A stretch of 63,701 nt of DNA, the filler included, from Perkinsus chesapeaki ATCC PRA-425 (taxonomy: Eukaryota > Protista > Perkinsozoa), in assembly GCA_013115145.1 (NCBI GenBank). It is 7 parts of 7 records of this genome, joined end to end, with 100 filler letters (N's around TTAATTAATTAA, not from the genome) between each part and the next. Parts side by side here need not be neighbours in the genome. Positions count along the whole stretch, not along the records: positions 1 to 14,431 come from JAAPAO010000751.1; positions 14,532 to 29,869 come from JAAPAO010000728.1; 5 more parts are not named here. One strand, written 5' to 3'. Positions 12,905 to 27,020 of the stretch are shown here, in pieces. Every line of letters begins with the position of its first letter. The first letter of the stretch is position 1. The translations under genes and the position numbers were made by a program. The notes under the pieces were generated by a model that was given only the letters and a program-made list of their open reading frames with translations, did no database searches and was not told the origin of the DNA.

Positions 12905-13583
12905 AGCATCGCTGCTATTTGCAACAGCCCTAAAAGATTCAACAAGTCAGCCAGCTAGTGTACCTGCGTGAGGCCGGAGCACACACGCGTTTTTACTTGC
13001 TGGAGCGCACGCATGCTCTTTCCCACTTAGTTGTCACCTCATTGTCGTTAATAGTCGGACCGTAATGGGGTCCCAAAGGGCTGTGCATTGGATTTCACCT
13101 CCATTTGATAAGGCTTTTCATTGATATCTTGGTGTCAATGCGTTCTGTCATTCAATCAGTAGTAGTCGGTCGCACGCGTGGCGTTTTTTGTGCGAATAAG
13201 CTAAGAGTAGAGATGCGTCTAGACAAATTAACCTGCAATACTGACACAAATCCGAAAACATCCGTCAAGAGACAAGATCGTAGTTGGCCGGCTGGTGAGC
13301 CTGGTACCCCATCATCCGGTGAACTTTATTCCAAAGCTCGGCCTTCCTTGTGTCGACTTCTCGTTCGAAGCCTTCAATGCTTGGGAGCATTATCCACGCG
13401 GAGAATACCTATAACGAAGTAGTCAAGGACAGGGTTCATAGAATAATCTCTTTTCTATATACATAAAGACCGATGGCAGTCACTAGATACCATCTTTTTT
13501 ACCATTACTAGTACGCCAGTCTTTACGACTGACCCCACCTACGGGTGCGAGGTTGAAACTTGAAACCTAATGCCGCAGTTGTG

Positions 13584-14407
13584 TTAACATCCCTCTGGGC
13601 AACACGAAGAATCAACAACGCGGGATGCGGCGACTACCTTCCGTTTAACCGTTCTGTTTGCTATGTCGTCTGACTTCGTGTACTTTTCCTTCAGCGATTC
13701 AGCCGCCACACTACTCCATACTCTCAGCAATCGTATACAGCGGCCTTGCTGGATTTTAGCTGTGTAACATTTAATTCGACCCTCTCTTGACTGAGCTGAA
13801 CCTATCCTCATCCATATGAGAGCCCTTCTCGCCAATTCTGATAGGGAGTACTATGACGATGCTAACCGTGAAGTCTAGAGAACGACTCACTTTCCTGATA
13901 GAGCTCCGCTGCCTTTAGGCGAAGCTTCCGACAACTCTCCAACCACAGTGTGAATGCCTTGATACTCTTCAACCGAACCACAGTGAGGTACCATCGCTCA
14001 GCCTTCAACTCCCGAAATCTTCTTTCTTCCAAAGTGTCGGTGAAATATGCAAAACACTTCCCGAGTACTCTTCTATTCCAAATTCTCTCCGCTCGCTGTA
14101 GCGTTTCCATAACCAGTAACCTGTTTTGTTCAATAACCCTCCGCCTTAGCTTGAGCTCTTTGAGGTGGTCTCGCTTCCGCCATTCAGTGTTGCTCCGCAG
14201 AGCCTCTTTGTCGGTCCTCGTCATACGCTCCTGTTCTGTCCTCCTCAACTCTCGTGTAATCTTCGAGCATTTTAATCGTTCAGCTCTTTCGTACATTCGA
14301 AGCACTTCCGGTGGTGTGGGTAAAGGTACCGTGTTTGTTTGCATCGTCTTTGCAACACTGAAAATGAGATGGTCACAACTCATCTCTCCTGATGACGCAT
14401 TAGCCAT
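13584..14407 (-). CDS. Basic helical protein with Sfi1-like repeats (partial; 5' end near gap)
   Basis: 181-aa ORF plus downstream ORF with periodic L..F..W/F motifs: VLGKCFAYF, IKAFTLW, RRALIWM, IRLLRVW. Confidence 0.4.
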
Positions 14408-14431
14408 GGGTTGGCCGATACCGGGAGGCTC

Positions 14432-14531
14432 NNNNNNNNNNNNNNNNNNNNNNNNNNNNNNNNNNNNNNNNNNNNTTAATTAATTAANNNNNNNNNNNNN
14501 NNNNNNNNNNNNNNNNNNNNNNNNNNNNNNN
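14432..14531. other. Scaffold gap with artificial TTAATTAATTAA spacer (also at ~29870, 35184, 41583, 53912, 59619)
   Basis: Identical 12-mer with stops in all six frames embedded in ~100-nt N blocks. Confidence 0.95.
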
Positions 14532-16928
14532 GGAACCCCGGTGGCTCCTCCCTATTGATGTATTTATTGGTAAATACTTCGAATTCCAGCCGGAGGAAGG
14601 AAGACTAGGAATAGCTGACCTAGCTATTGGTGTTTCCTAGTAACCATTACCTATCTATGTATCAGCGATCTTATACTTTTCATGTCGCAGAGATCATCTC
14701 TCGACTCAGTCCTGCGTCTCCGAGGATATGAACTCCATTAAGGTTATGTCCGCCTACAATTCCAACGTATTCGATTTCTAGAGTCGATATTCCTTCCTGT
14801 TGGTTCTCATATGTCGTCAGTGCTATTCCCGTCCAACATTAATCGATAATCTGAGGACTCAGTTGTAGGACATTGCGACGAAACTGGGGCTGATAGCTAT
14901 GAATGAATCAGTTGTGTTAGATCAATTAACGGGAGTCTCAAGGATAGAAGGTCGAATGGACGTTAACAATCCAGTCAGGATCACCGTGCTGTCAGGGTTC
15001 CTGACACTCACGACCGATGGCAGCAAAGCTTCCCCGATACTTCATGCGCCAATGGACTTCGAATAAATAGCCCAACTCGGGGTTGTCACAACCCGGTTGG
15101 GTGTATTAACAGTTTGTTAATAACAAGTTGTTAATAACAATAATGATTGTGATTCCCAATGGTGAATATCGGGTCTTTATGGCTCCATTTCGTACGGCAG
15201 TGTAAGTTGCAGGAGACGGCGCGGTATTGAAACTCATCTGTAACAGATGACTTCGCATATTTGCTGCAGAAAATCCTCGCACTCTGAACGTCTCAGAATC
15301 GGCACCTTACTTATGAAATTTACTTCGAAGTCTACCTCAGTCCGTGTCACCGAGACACACTCCCAAGGAGTGGACTCCAGTGAAGTCACTCCACGGGACT
15401 CAGCGGCTGGACTCACGCTGCATTTCATTGACAAACTGTGTTATCTGGGGCATGAATATGCAAGCTTGCTCCCCGCACAGGGCATCTAAAACCGCCAAAA
15501 CCATTTCAGACGATTCCAGTATTGATTGGCACGTTACGTTGAAGACGTCCATTTGCCCGAGAAGCGTAATGTATTTGTCCTATTCAATACTGCTGCTACG
15601 GTCTTTCGCCCTAGATAGGTTTCTGTGATGCCCACAGTAACCAGAGCTGCATTACGTCAGCAGTATGTATGTCAACTCATAACGGTTACTTATAGCTCAC
15701 GATGCTCAAAAAGATACTCCAGGCAGCATATGTGTCATACGGTATGACTCATACCGTTATAAGTTAATCAGTGGTAGACTACCATGCCAAGTTATCATTG
15801 TCACCAGCGCTCACGGTCACTAACAGTGTCACCGTGATTCACTTCACGGTCCGTGAAGTGACACTTCAGGAGCCTGCGCCTGCGAGGAGCACTCGCAGGA
15901 GCTCCGAGTACTCGGCAGCGCTCCTCGCCTACCCCTGTAGAACGACCCGCCCCAAAATAGAGCGGAAGTGGGAGTATCATGGTTGTTTTCCTTCTATGGA
16001 GAAATGGCGCCCTTAGTATGCTCGTTCATGATGCACGAATGGGTGGAGGGAAGGTCGGGAGCGAGTCGATCTGTCCCCTGACTATGAATGTTAGCGTGTC
16101 CCTAATTACTGTCTCTACCCCGCGGTATACACCGCCATAGAGTCGATGGCAGATTTATGGCTCACTTGTCGACAGCAATGCAGACTTCCATCTATCTGTA
16201 CGTCCAGATATGGCAAGAGCTCAGAGGCCTGCAATAAAGTGCGAGTTTTTGGTCGCCTCACTAACCCATAGAGTTCAGGGATGGATCCCTCGTCACCTGG
16301 AGACAGCAGCGCTACTCTGGGACACGGGCGAGTGACCGCCAACTCCTAAGGGCTTCCAGCTTGTAGGGTAGAGTAGTACACCAGGAATAAAGTATCCTCT
16401 GGCTTCGCTTTTTTTATATGATTTTGAACAAGAATGTCTTCCTGGGTCTCCTACTTGCCATCCGTACTGCTGGCATGGAGAACGGAGTGCACGAGGCAAG
16501 TGCCCGTGCAGTACATGGCAAAATGAACCCCATCCCCCCAGAGTGTCTCAGCGGGATGATGAGCCCAGGCTTCCAGAAGTAGAGAATGAGGGGAGATCTT
16601 TCAGAATTGGACGATGCTTGTTTGCCTTAGTGACGTGTGTACGCCCCCGTTTCTGAACCAGATCGTCGTGCAATCAGCCAGTTCGAAGATAAGCGAGGAA
16701 CTCAAAAGCTATTAGTACGTACAGCAGGGTGATTCTGCATAGTTTGAAAAGTTGGCGATAAGTTTTCCTACTTCGTCCCTTCAGTAAAAATGTAACAGAA
16801 GAAACATATTACTTAGTCGAGCTGTACATGGTAGACTTTGGAGATAATGGTAAGCCCTTCTGATTGCGATGCGGACACTCATGGTTTATGAGCCACAATA
16901 TGGTAAGTGAGTTACACTAATGCTTCAG

Positions 16929-18007
16929 GCACAACATATGAGAATCAGCTTCGCGTTCTACCGCAGAATTACACAATCCACACCATCATAGTTGAGCCAA
17001 TGCAGGATTACTCACATGGAGCTCCGAAGCTGAAAGTCACTTTAGTTGAGGACGTTGAGGCGGTGACTAATAACCACTGGGCGCCTCCCCCAGAAAGGCG
17101 ACTTGATAGCAACGATATTCCAGGAAGCGAGAAGATCACTTTCCCTATGAAGGTCTCTGATAGCCTAACTTTGAGACGTGCGTACTATCGTCATATTCCA
17201 AGTGGTGTTGATATTAAAGGTATTCTTATCCAGTTCCATGGTTGGGGTGATACCTGCGAGTCCTGGGAGGAATACTCCAAAACCACGGTCATTGCCGATG
17301 AGCTTGGTCTGATATTGATAACGGCTTGTGGCAGCGAATATGGATTTTATTCTAATTATGTAAAGTATATGCACGGATGGAACGCGGGTGTGTGCTGCAT
17401 TCAAAGACAAGATATTGATGATGTTGAGTATGTAAGGATGATACTTGAGAAGGAAAATATAAATAACTTGCCAGTGTACGCCTATGGTTATAGTAATGGT
17501 GGTATGATGGTCGAATCGCTCCTTTGTCACAAAGTTGTTGATATGGCCGTATCTGTTAATGGTGTCCTGGCCCTCAATCCTGGTCTTCAAGGTGCTCTTA
17601 AGACATGTGATAATATCTACCGAGTTGGTGAAAAGCCTGCTACACCAAGAGTAGCAAGTGTGCACTGCATGGATGACGAGATTGTACCGTACAATGGATC
17701 CGCTCCAGAACACAGTTTTTGGAATTTATTACGAAAGTATTTCATATCTGATTTATTCCCGAGGAGTAACAAGGACATAAGACGCTGGGCTAAACGGCTT
17801 GGATGCGAAAGGAAAGCAAGCAGGCGTGTTAAGATTAACAGTTGGACACGTCTTCAAGAGTGGGTATGCCCTGGTGAAGAGAGAGTGGTATCCATTCAAA
17901 GGTCAAACTGCAGCTACCAAGGAGGCCGTGCCCATCAAGTTATAAGAACTTTTGACTTCGACCCCGCTAGATGGGCAGCCGAATTTTTCACTGAGGGGCT
18001 TAGGTAG
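16929..18007 (+). CDS. LpqC/LpqP / PHB-depolymerase-like alpha/beta hydrolase (terminal exon; further exon(s) upstream of 16850)
   Basis: LIQFHGWG oxyanion region, WNAGVCC, DDVEYV, nucleophile elbow GYSNGG, VHCMDDEIVPYNG, late His AHQV; intron 16850-16928 joins MVDFGDNG|TTYENQ in frame. Confidence 0.75.
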
Positions 18008-19353
18008 TTCGCGTCGAGCCTCGTGTTTAATCAGTAGAAAGCCTGTAATGCGAGCGTATCTTTCATATTTATTAGGGAACCCTAATTTGTCGTGCCACTG
18101 TCGGAAGTCAGTACTAATTATCGAAGTGGCATATCAGCCTCAGATTTTTATTCACGTATAAGGTATGAAGCCCTTATTATTAGAATCAGTTTTGCGCCTG
18201 ATCTTGGCCTATTTATATCTTTCGAAAATATACCTATCATTATCTCTCCTGCATATAAGGTATTATTCAGTCCTTTCTTCTTTTAAACAATTATCTCCTC
18301 GGTGCAGAATTTTCATTTTTGACTACCAAGCGTCACTTGCGTTAATCAGACATGGTCTACATGAACCATTGAGGTACCTGCCAGGTACTGTCGTCAATGC
18401 AACGCGGTACCGTCGGAAAGTTGATCCTGAAGAGTCCTGAGTTGTTACGTGGGTCACGGAGCGTTATGATTGGGAACTTGACAGATAACGGTGTTAACAC
18501 GTTCACTAACTCATAACACGTTCATTGCTGCTTCAATTAGATATGCGACACTTGTTGAACAACTTTCAAATTTGGGTACGTAGCCGCTATTTTTGCACAA
18601 TAAGCCACAGATTAGGCCCATCGACCACTAGTTGGAGATTTGTCATCCAAAGTCGTATCACGGTTTGCGGTACAACACTACTCGGCTTATGCAACGACAA
18701 TAGTTTAACTTGTGAATCACTATACGTATCATTGTCGGTAGTCATTGACATTGATGGCGCATGTGCAGTGCACATTGTGCACTATCTGCCGTCAGTTCCT
18801 GACGTGCAAAGCTCATGTCACATGAGTCTTGTCTTGCAGGACTGTTTTATTGTGTAATAATCAGTAATTATGCATTCCACTTCGCTGCGCTCGTCAATTG
18901 TGACACTCTAGGATGATTTTGGGCCAAAGATGCGTGTACTTAGCGTAGCGCTAGAGGAACTCCACATTCTTTTGTACATGTTAAATAAGCTTTCTACTAG
19001 TAGAAATAGTATAATAGTATAATGGCAACGGATTGTGTTATCAATTCTTCAAGAACAAGGACGATTGGCGCATTATTGAATTCATTTTATAGGACTATAT
19101 TATTCTCAGCTCTCCTAACCGCTCATTGAGCGTTGAAAACGCGCTAATTATGAGCTCGAACTCCATTGATCGTGCTAAACTGCTCGTGCAACAATTAGAA
19201 GCATAGTGTGTTGCACTACGGACCTTTAGTACAGGTGCTTATTTTGACCACTCTTAACGCAAAACTATAGTGGAACACGGACAGGTGGATTGCCCATGGA
19301 AGCGTTCTTGCGATCGGATCGATGCGCCTTGTCGACATGCAGTGTGCTAGGTG

Positions 19354-22300
19354 CTAATTTGTTCCGAAATCCAAACTCTTCACAGACAACCCACATAGGA
19401 GATTATCCGCTGATACATCACTAGTGGTAGCGGATAGCCCTGATAAGAGGACTATTTGCAAGTGCAAGTCTAGACTTACCAATCCGATTAAGAACTCTAG
19501 TGACAGCAAGGGAGTTCACCTTCTGGCGCTCGTCCATGGTGATACGCATATGGTCCAGATATCCGAGTTTCGGTAATGCTTGGATGACAGTTAGTCGATA
19601 CCTGCTGATTTGAGTAGAGACGGCAGGTACAAGTCGAGTTCTGAAATCCTCTCGGATAGAGTGATGACTAAAGACAAGTCCTATGAGAGACTCACAGAGG
19701 AACTCTGCACACGGGGTTGGACGAAAGATCGAGTTTATGCAATCTGGGTAGCTCGCAGAGAGCTAGACGTTCAACCTCCATCACTTCAGAAATACGGTTC
19801 GATGCCAGGAAGAGCCCTCTGAATGAACACTGGAATGAATGTTCAGCAGAGCCAACCTTAGTTGAGGAAGGCACGTGATAAACCGCAAATCACGCATGCT
19901 GTTCCCCTCGAGATGAAGCTCTTTGATGTTCTGCCACAGCCCACTTGGCCCTATTTGATAGGTAGCTCCGAGAGCTGTCACCGATGGCTGCTGTAACGGC
20001 TACGAGAAAAGGACTGTCGATACCAGGGTTTGCTGTCAGGCAATGACGCTCATACAGCTAAAGAATACGATGCATCCTGGAGCCTCCGGAATATGTCTAT
20101 ATCTTTAGCGACTCTCATCGCTGTTACGGCGGCGGCAAGCTGATAGACAACTGCTGAACTTCAAGGTCAGCACAGAGTACCGATTCATCATCTTGAGACG
20201 CTTGTTCTGGAAAGATCTGTTCGATTTTGGCGTTGTCCATCACAAGCTCTCGAAGCTCAGCATAGTTTGCGAGAACAGCACCTGAATATCCACCGCTTCG
20301 CTGCCGAAGATCGCCGAGAGCCTTCCGTCCCCAAGCCTACTGGGATCAATGGTTCTGAGCGAGTTCTGCTGTAGGTGTAAAACTTTCAGTGTGCTCCCAC
20401 ATGGAAAGACTTCATTTAAACTTGACAAGGACTCGATTTTATTGTGTCCTATTTCTAGAACCTGCTCACAGGATAGTAACCGTATAACTCCAAATTCAAA
20501 GTCAAAGTCCTGTATATTGTGACGAAAGACCTTATTAGGGGCCACGGGCATGGAAATGCCTTGACGTAAGCTTATAGCAAGCTGTATGTTAACTTGCAGA
20601 AACAAGCTTGTAGTCTGCTATGTATTTGACCAATTCCGAGGTTCAAAAGTCGAACCAATACTTATTGAGGGATTCAATGAGGCCTGTCGACACAAGCGCC
20701 TGCACACCTAAGGTTTGATGATTGGCGTCCATTGAACAAGACGGCTTAGCTCTGCCAAGTGAATCATAAAAGCACGGACGTGTTAAACAGTTTCAAGACC
20801 AACCTTGAGCGACGGGAATCTGTTGCCTGATCCTTTTCCGCTACAAGGTGATCCGGTTGTCCATTCGCTGCCTGGTATCGCACTTTTAACTATTTCTTCC
20901 AAGAATGGAGCTTACCCGATGCAAAGTCAAGCCTGTTGTTGGTGAGAGATAACATCAAGAGCTTTGGGAGGCATCCAAGGCCATTGATCCGCCGGAGATG
21001 GTTGTTGTCTAGTCGTAATTCTCTGGACAAGACACTGTCTGACTATGAACGAAGACTCGGTCCCCAGCACGATATAGCAGTCCGTGAAAGTATACAGAAT
21101 GGATAACCCGCGCTCTAAAACTAGCTGTAGCTGTCAAATATCGGTAAGACTTGGTAATATCCGAAATCTTCGAGAGTGAGCCCGTTAAGACTTAGCGGCT
21201 GAGTCCGACTGGCGAGTTAACTAATGATCGTAGCTAGAGGAAAGCATTGATAACCTCCTAGTCTTAACTTCACAATATGAAGCAATGGGAAGCCTTGCTG
21301 TGATAGCTTACCTCAATGAAGGGAATAGTTTTTCTGATATGAGGCGAGTGCCGATGCTACGAAGCCTCAGAGATTGCAAGCTCAAGACTTTCACGTTCCA
21401 CCCTGATGACGTGACAGGGCCTAGCCTGAAAGTTTAAATTGAGATTAGTGGCTGATTCTAGAGAGAGTCTACGGAGACAGACTGTTTCTTAGAGCGCACT
21501 GAGCAGCCCTAGTCACAGCATATTGTCGAGGTATTGTTGCTCAGTCGCTTGATCATTTAGAAAGGGATGCACGGCGAGCATAGCTCACCTCTCCTGGAGG
21601 AGATCGATCGTGACTATCCCAGAGTATTTCGCTCGAGCCTTATGTAACATCGAGGGTGATATCATCTCACCGTTAAGAACCTACCCCGACATGACTTCAA
21701 CGACTCTATCTAGTGACGTATGCTTCGAGTCACAGCTTTGCTGGGTAGGTCACGGAGGTATCAACCACAGACCCATTTAGCAAGAATGCTGTGTTCCTTA
21801 CGGGGATGTTACTTGTAAACGAGAGTCATTTTGATCGCTTGTTCCTACATGAACTTCTATTGAATGGCTTCTACAGCACAAGTGGAATACTATGAACCTT
21901 AGAACGGAGTGAGGATGCAACCCTCCTCAAACTCGTATGCTGCGTTACTCTTCACTGCAGTTCGCCAGCATCATGGGATTTCCACTGAAGTCGATAACTG
22001 AGATTTTCGGAAGATTCCGCAAGATGAGTAACGACCGGAGATCCGCTAATCGGTTGCCAGCCGCGTAGCTGAGTAACCGTGTCGGCTCAACCCACTCTTC
22101 GGAACCTCGGCTCACATAGCCCGAAGCTGTTTAATGCTCGAAAGCCCTTCTAGTGTGGTAATTCTGTTGGATGTGACGTCGAGGACCTTGACACTACAAT
22201 CCATGGATTCAACAATAATCTTGCACTTGCAACGTCTGCTCCAACTTAGCAGAGTCTCTGATAGTCAGTTTCTCGATGAAATTGTAAGAAATGTCGAGTA

Positions 22301-25300
22301 CTCGGAGTGGGCAGTGTGACAGGACGCCACCGAGATCTGCCCACATTCTAGTCACAGATCCAACCTATGCTAGCTTACGATCAATGTCAGTGATGCGGTT
22401 TCTGGCTAATGAGAGGGTTTCTAAGCAACATAGGTCCTCCCAACAATCGGCAGAGAAAATGCTCTGCGAGACATCACCGAGACCGCAAGATTTTAAGTGC
22501 AAGATGCGGATACTACTTCGCTGTGCCTGCTACGGAATATGGCTCACTGACAAACGCCAGACTGACCTGGATGATTCTTCTCAAGGGCGATTCGAGCCGT
22601 GCCCCAACTACAAGTGAATCAGACATGTTAATAGTAGCAGCATCCGAGTTGTACGTATATCTGAATTAGTGATCCTCGCATAGGCGGGGGTTTCACGCTG
22701 CGCGTTAACTCACTCATATCCCCACAAATGAACGAGCAAAGGGTCCGGGGATTCGCATATCCCAGCTAGATTCGTGCGGTCGAGGCTTCCCAGAGCCTGG
22801 AATATTGGACTGCAATGACTAAGGCTCTTACAGTAATTGCTAGCGAACCCAAGTTAGTTAGGCAGTTTCTGGGTCGGCAGCAGTCCGCACCGCTGGCATA
22901 CGCCTCACCTGGGCAGCTTTGGTCGTGGTCGCCTCAGCGTCCAAGCTAAGAATATCTCTCCCATCCAGTAAAACAAGGTCGGGGAGATACTTCCGCACCT
23001 ATGGACGTCTATATTGTGGACTTTACAGTGATGGTCGCCGCTCGCCTGCCGCTCCACCCCCGAAGGGGCCCACATATTCCTGCGAATCCCCAGAGCTCTC
23101 AAAGTTCCGCTGACGTCTGCGGCGAGAGCACCAAGAGTTCCTTCTAAATCAGTGAGCGCATTGTAGGACAAGTTGAGGGTATCGAGTTGAGCAAGAGGCT
23201 TCAGTAGTCCAGGTTCGATGGAGCGCAAGTAATTATGGGATACGTCGAGGAACCTTATACTGGCAAAAGGTCTATAGCATCATCGAGCACACGGTGAGTA
23301 CTTAACCATGTCTCTTTTGTCACGGCAGAATGATGATAATGAGCTGAGACACTTGAGACGATTGAATGACAAGTCCACCCCCGATAGCTCGTCCGGCTCC
23401 GACGGTAAATATAACTGCACCTGGAACCAGGCAAAACTTTGTCGGTTGACGGTTAGCGATAACTAGACAGAGGGCAAGGTCCGGCTGGGAGCCTTCTACT
23501 ATATGTTGGAAAGGCTGACTCGCTTCGTTATATTCACAGTGTCACATGCAAACAACTTACAGTGCTGTCGCAGAGGTTGAATCCTGACAGACGAAGGGCT
23601 CCTGTAAGATCGGTTCGTGGCGGCATGTCATGGACGATACCACACTTATCGCCCGAGTCTGAGCCAGAATCTGGTGAGGGAGCAAATGGCCGAATATTCA
23701 TCCAGCATGAGGAGTAAACTCACGACGTTCAGTTGGAACCTCGAGGCGTTGGAGCTCTCGTGCAAGGGAGGCGGATACGGACAGACAATCCTCCCATGCT
23801 AGACCTTCAGGTTCACAGTCGAGTGCTCGACAACTTCCAGCGTTGCCAGATCTACCAAGCCGTTCGTTACTTTTCTGTGATATTTAACTGTGTGCTCACT
23901 TTGTTAGCATTAAGGCAAGGTCCACTTCAAGGAGTGGCAGGTAGATGTCCTGAGTGAGGTGAAGTAATAATCATTCTTTTGAAAAACGATACAAGATCGA
24001 AAGCAGCGGTACGCGGCATAACATACCAAGGAAAAGGAAGTGTGGCTAAGTGACACATCAGACTGCTCCCTATCGTCCGCATCCTTGTGTACAGCCAGCC
24101 GGCTTACAACTGTCACTGGCCCCAAAGGAAGCGTGAAGTTGCTAAAGGGGAGGTGATGACGATCGGCTGTCGACCTATACTGTTACGTCAAGTCACTGCT
24201 TGCCAGTGTTTGTAACAGCACATTTTCAGCGTCTGGTGAATACAAAGTATTAAGGTATGGAAACGCTGCCACCAGAACGGAGCTGGTAAGCCTGCCATCA
24301 AGCAGGTAGTCCAGCCAAAAGTCTTCCTGGCACGGAGCGAGCCCTCCAAGGTTCGCCCCGACGGTGGCTGCAGAGCGCGCGCAGTCTGAAGCCGCTCAAG
24401 TTCTCTCTCTCGAAGAAAACATGCTCTACCTCTTTTCCCATATGCATTTCTCAAAGATTGTTCAAGTTGCCGAGAACAAATCTGAACTCCAAGGTTCCTG
24501 GAATCGTAGTCGCCAAACTCACGTCGTTAAGCGCCCTTGAAGCATAATTGTCGAAGATATCTCGAGCTGATCGCACAATGATCTCAGCCTCGTTCCATTG
24601 ACGCAAGTCAACGTTTTCCCCAAGGATGTCTCTGAGCGAGTCACCTACGGTACACGAGCTCCTCGCTTTGCCGACGATTTCAGCGATAGATTGATTAGGG
24701 AGGTTCCCTACTCAATTCTGTCAGCGATGGAGTAGTTGTCTCGATGAATTGTTTGACTCCGGTGGGGATTGTGTTGAGGTCTGCGACTCGATAAGTCACG
24801 TTCCCGTATGACATCTGCCGGGAGAACGATGTCGCCTTCTCACTCCAGACACCCCTGCGATCTCTCAGACAGAGTGCGTCACATAGACTTGCCTGCTCCT
24901 CGTGTATTCTCTCAAATGACTGTGTGTAATGCAGATCAATCGACTTTAACATTCGTAACCAGCACGTGTCGACGATATCATCGGCGTTCTCCTTAAAATG
25001 CAGTACCGACTCGCAAACCAAGGAAGCTCACAAGTTTGCGCACGATAGCGGAGCTTTGGACTTCAGCGGTTGTTTCAGTCGAGTCTGGGTGTAGAATTCC
25101 TCGTATTTCTTCATGTATCTACAACGTCTCTCCTGGACAGAAATGTATGTATGCTCGAAACGGCGGATGAACTAGAGGTCATATAATTAGAGCTAAGCAC
25201 ATTTCACAGATGAAGTAAAGCTTGATTTCGGCTGCTCGGGGTGTTCACTACTTTGGCAACACAGCGTGACATGGCACCAGGGAGATTCGATGTACCCTAC

Positions 25301-27020
25301 TGTCTGTTTGAGTGGATATATAAGCTCATCAGCGACCCGCTGGAGAGTCTGACTTCTCTGCCAGCTGAGCCTTCGCCGTTCCATGTCGTAAAACCTGATT
25401 TCCGGTTCACCTTGTGTACGGCGGAAGGGTCTACATCCAAGAGTCCTGCAGTTGCTCTTGTGCCCGTGCCCTAACTTCGGATGTTATCTCACACCCATTC
25501 ACAATTTCTAATCCTAACTTCCAGCCATAGCTTCGACTCAACGCTGTCTAACTCACCAGGGAAAGTGGCCGCCAGTGCAACAGAAAGGTTGACAGCTTCC
25601 GCCACTGGGCAAGGGTGGCCCCAGTCGGCGTCGGAAACATGGAATGCTGTCAATGAAGGTAATCGAGATATGAGACTTAGTATCTTAGATTGCAGGTGCA
25701 TCTGCGGTTTCACGTTTGGTTACAGCTTCTATCCGTCTTATGCCCTCATTTCCGGATACGTTCAATTCTGTGAGACTTGTCCACTCCCCAAGCTCTCTGA
25801 GCGTTTCATCGGTAACGTTATTACACGCCACATTGAAACTCTCGAGCTTCGGACATTGCTGTGCCGCGACTGAAGGGCAGACCTTGTGCTATCTCGGTTA
25901 TTAGCGGTTGTCCAAGCTTAACTGTCCAGACTGGAGACAGCGTTGGCTGCCACGTTGAGCTCTCCGAGGTTCTCCATAGGTCCTCCGAAGTGAAGGGATT
26001 TAATCATGTTGTTATTAACATGCAACGTCTTTAGTGTTTTGCCGCAGAGTCTGTAAACAGGTAATGATACAAACTGTAAAAATGATGAATGTTCCGAAAT
26101 GGTAGAATAACCAAAATAATCCTCGGTTGGCGCCCCATGCCGCGCACAGGGCAGTGCGTGGCAAGAATTGGCCGGCGCCAGAAAGAAGTGGTTGAAGATA
26201 ACTCCTCCCCTCACTGTGACATCCCCGTCAATGATGTGATGGCATTCTGACTCAAATACAGCTCTTCAAGGCACGGGAGCTCTCCTTCACAGTCGAGGCT
26301 AGCCAGAGAGATATGTACCTGACTCGGAGTTCTTCGAAGTCTTCCAATACAAGACGCGATCCGGGTGGCACGAACCCTAGGTCCCTCTAGTAAAGGGTGA
26401 ACGGGAATGGTGAAAAAGTGATTGGAGGACACAGGCCTTTGTAATTATGAATTGAAGCTCTGTTAGGATTGAAGTGGCGCCTCCTGGGAGTTCAGAGGAA
26501 GTACAGAAAATCTTCAACAGAGGTGAGCAAACCACAGACGAAGGTGCCGGTAAAATACCTGCTAGGATTTCCTATCGTATGTTAGGAGTCGATTAGACGT
26601 ATGAAATATACATATATAAAAGAGTGATGATTCATGGGATGCACAAGAGGAGAGGCATTCAAGAAGAGATCATGCTTATCCAACAAAATGCCTTGGAAGT
26701 ATGTCATCTCCTAGAATCTTTGATGATTCCCGACACCTAGGGATTGGCAGTTAAAAAAATTTACAACATTCATATGCGTGCTCCACTTTATCAAGATACG
26801 CCCCGTAACGTCAGACACATACCAGCCACAGTTTCCTCAACCCTGGGAAGTATGCAGGGAAGAGGCTCATCGGCACTGTGATGTCGAACACGAGCTCCAA
26901 GCTAGTCACAGCCACTCGAGCATCATCCTCAACGGACAAATCACTGAGCCTGACTTAAGACAAGGTAGAAGTGCGGCTACTCCAGCACGCTCAACAACGG
27001 CACTGCCAGGGCATTGCTAA
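19354..27020 (-). CDS. LRRC9: LRRC9-like large leucine-rich-repeat protein, many exons (ends approximate)
   Basis: Many SDS22-type LRRs (LEELYLSQNAI, LKTLHVNNNMI, LDTLNLSYNAL, LETLSLARNRI, LKVLHLQQNSL, LHKLDLSSNPVC). LRRC9-like anchors recalled from the family: VTSLELVF..FPGLRKLWL, SRLPSLTAFHVSDADWGHPCPV, ARAKYSGIVTIDLL, YRLTVIQALPKLGYLD. Confidence 0.7.

Noticed and set aside
14476-14487. Recurrent palindromic TTAATTAATTAA motif as a regulatory or recombination site
   Set aside because: It occurs only inside N-runs at a fixed offset; artificial scaffolding linker
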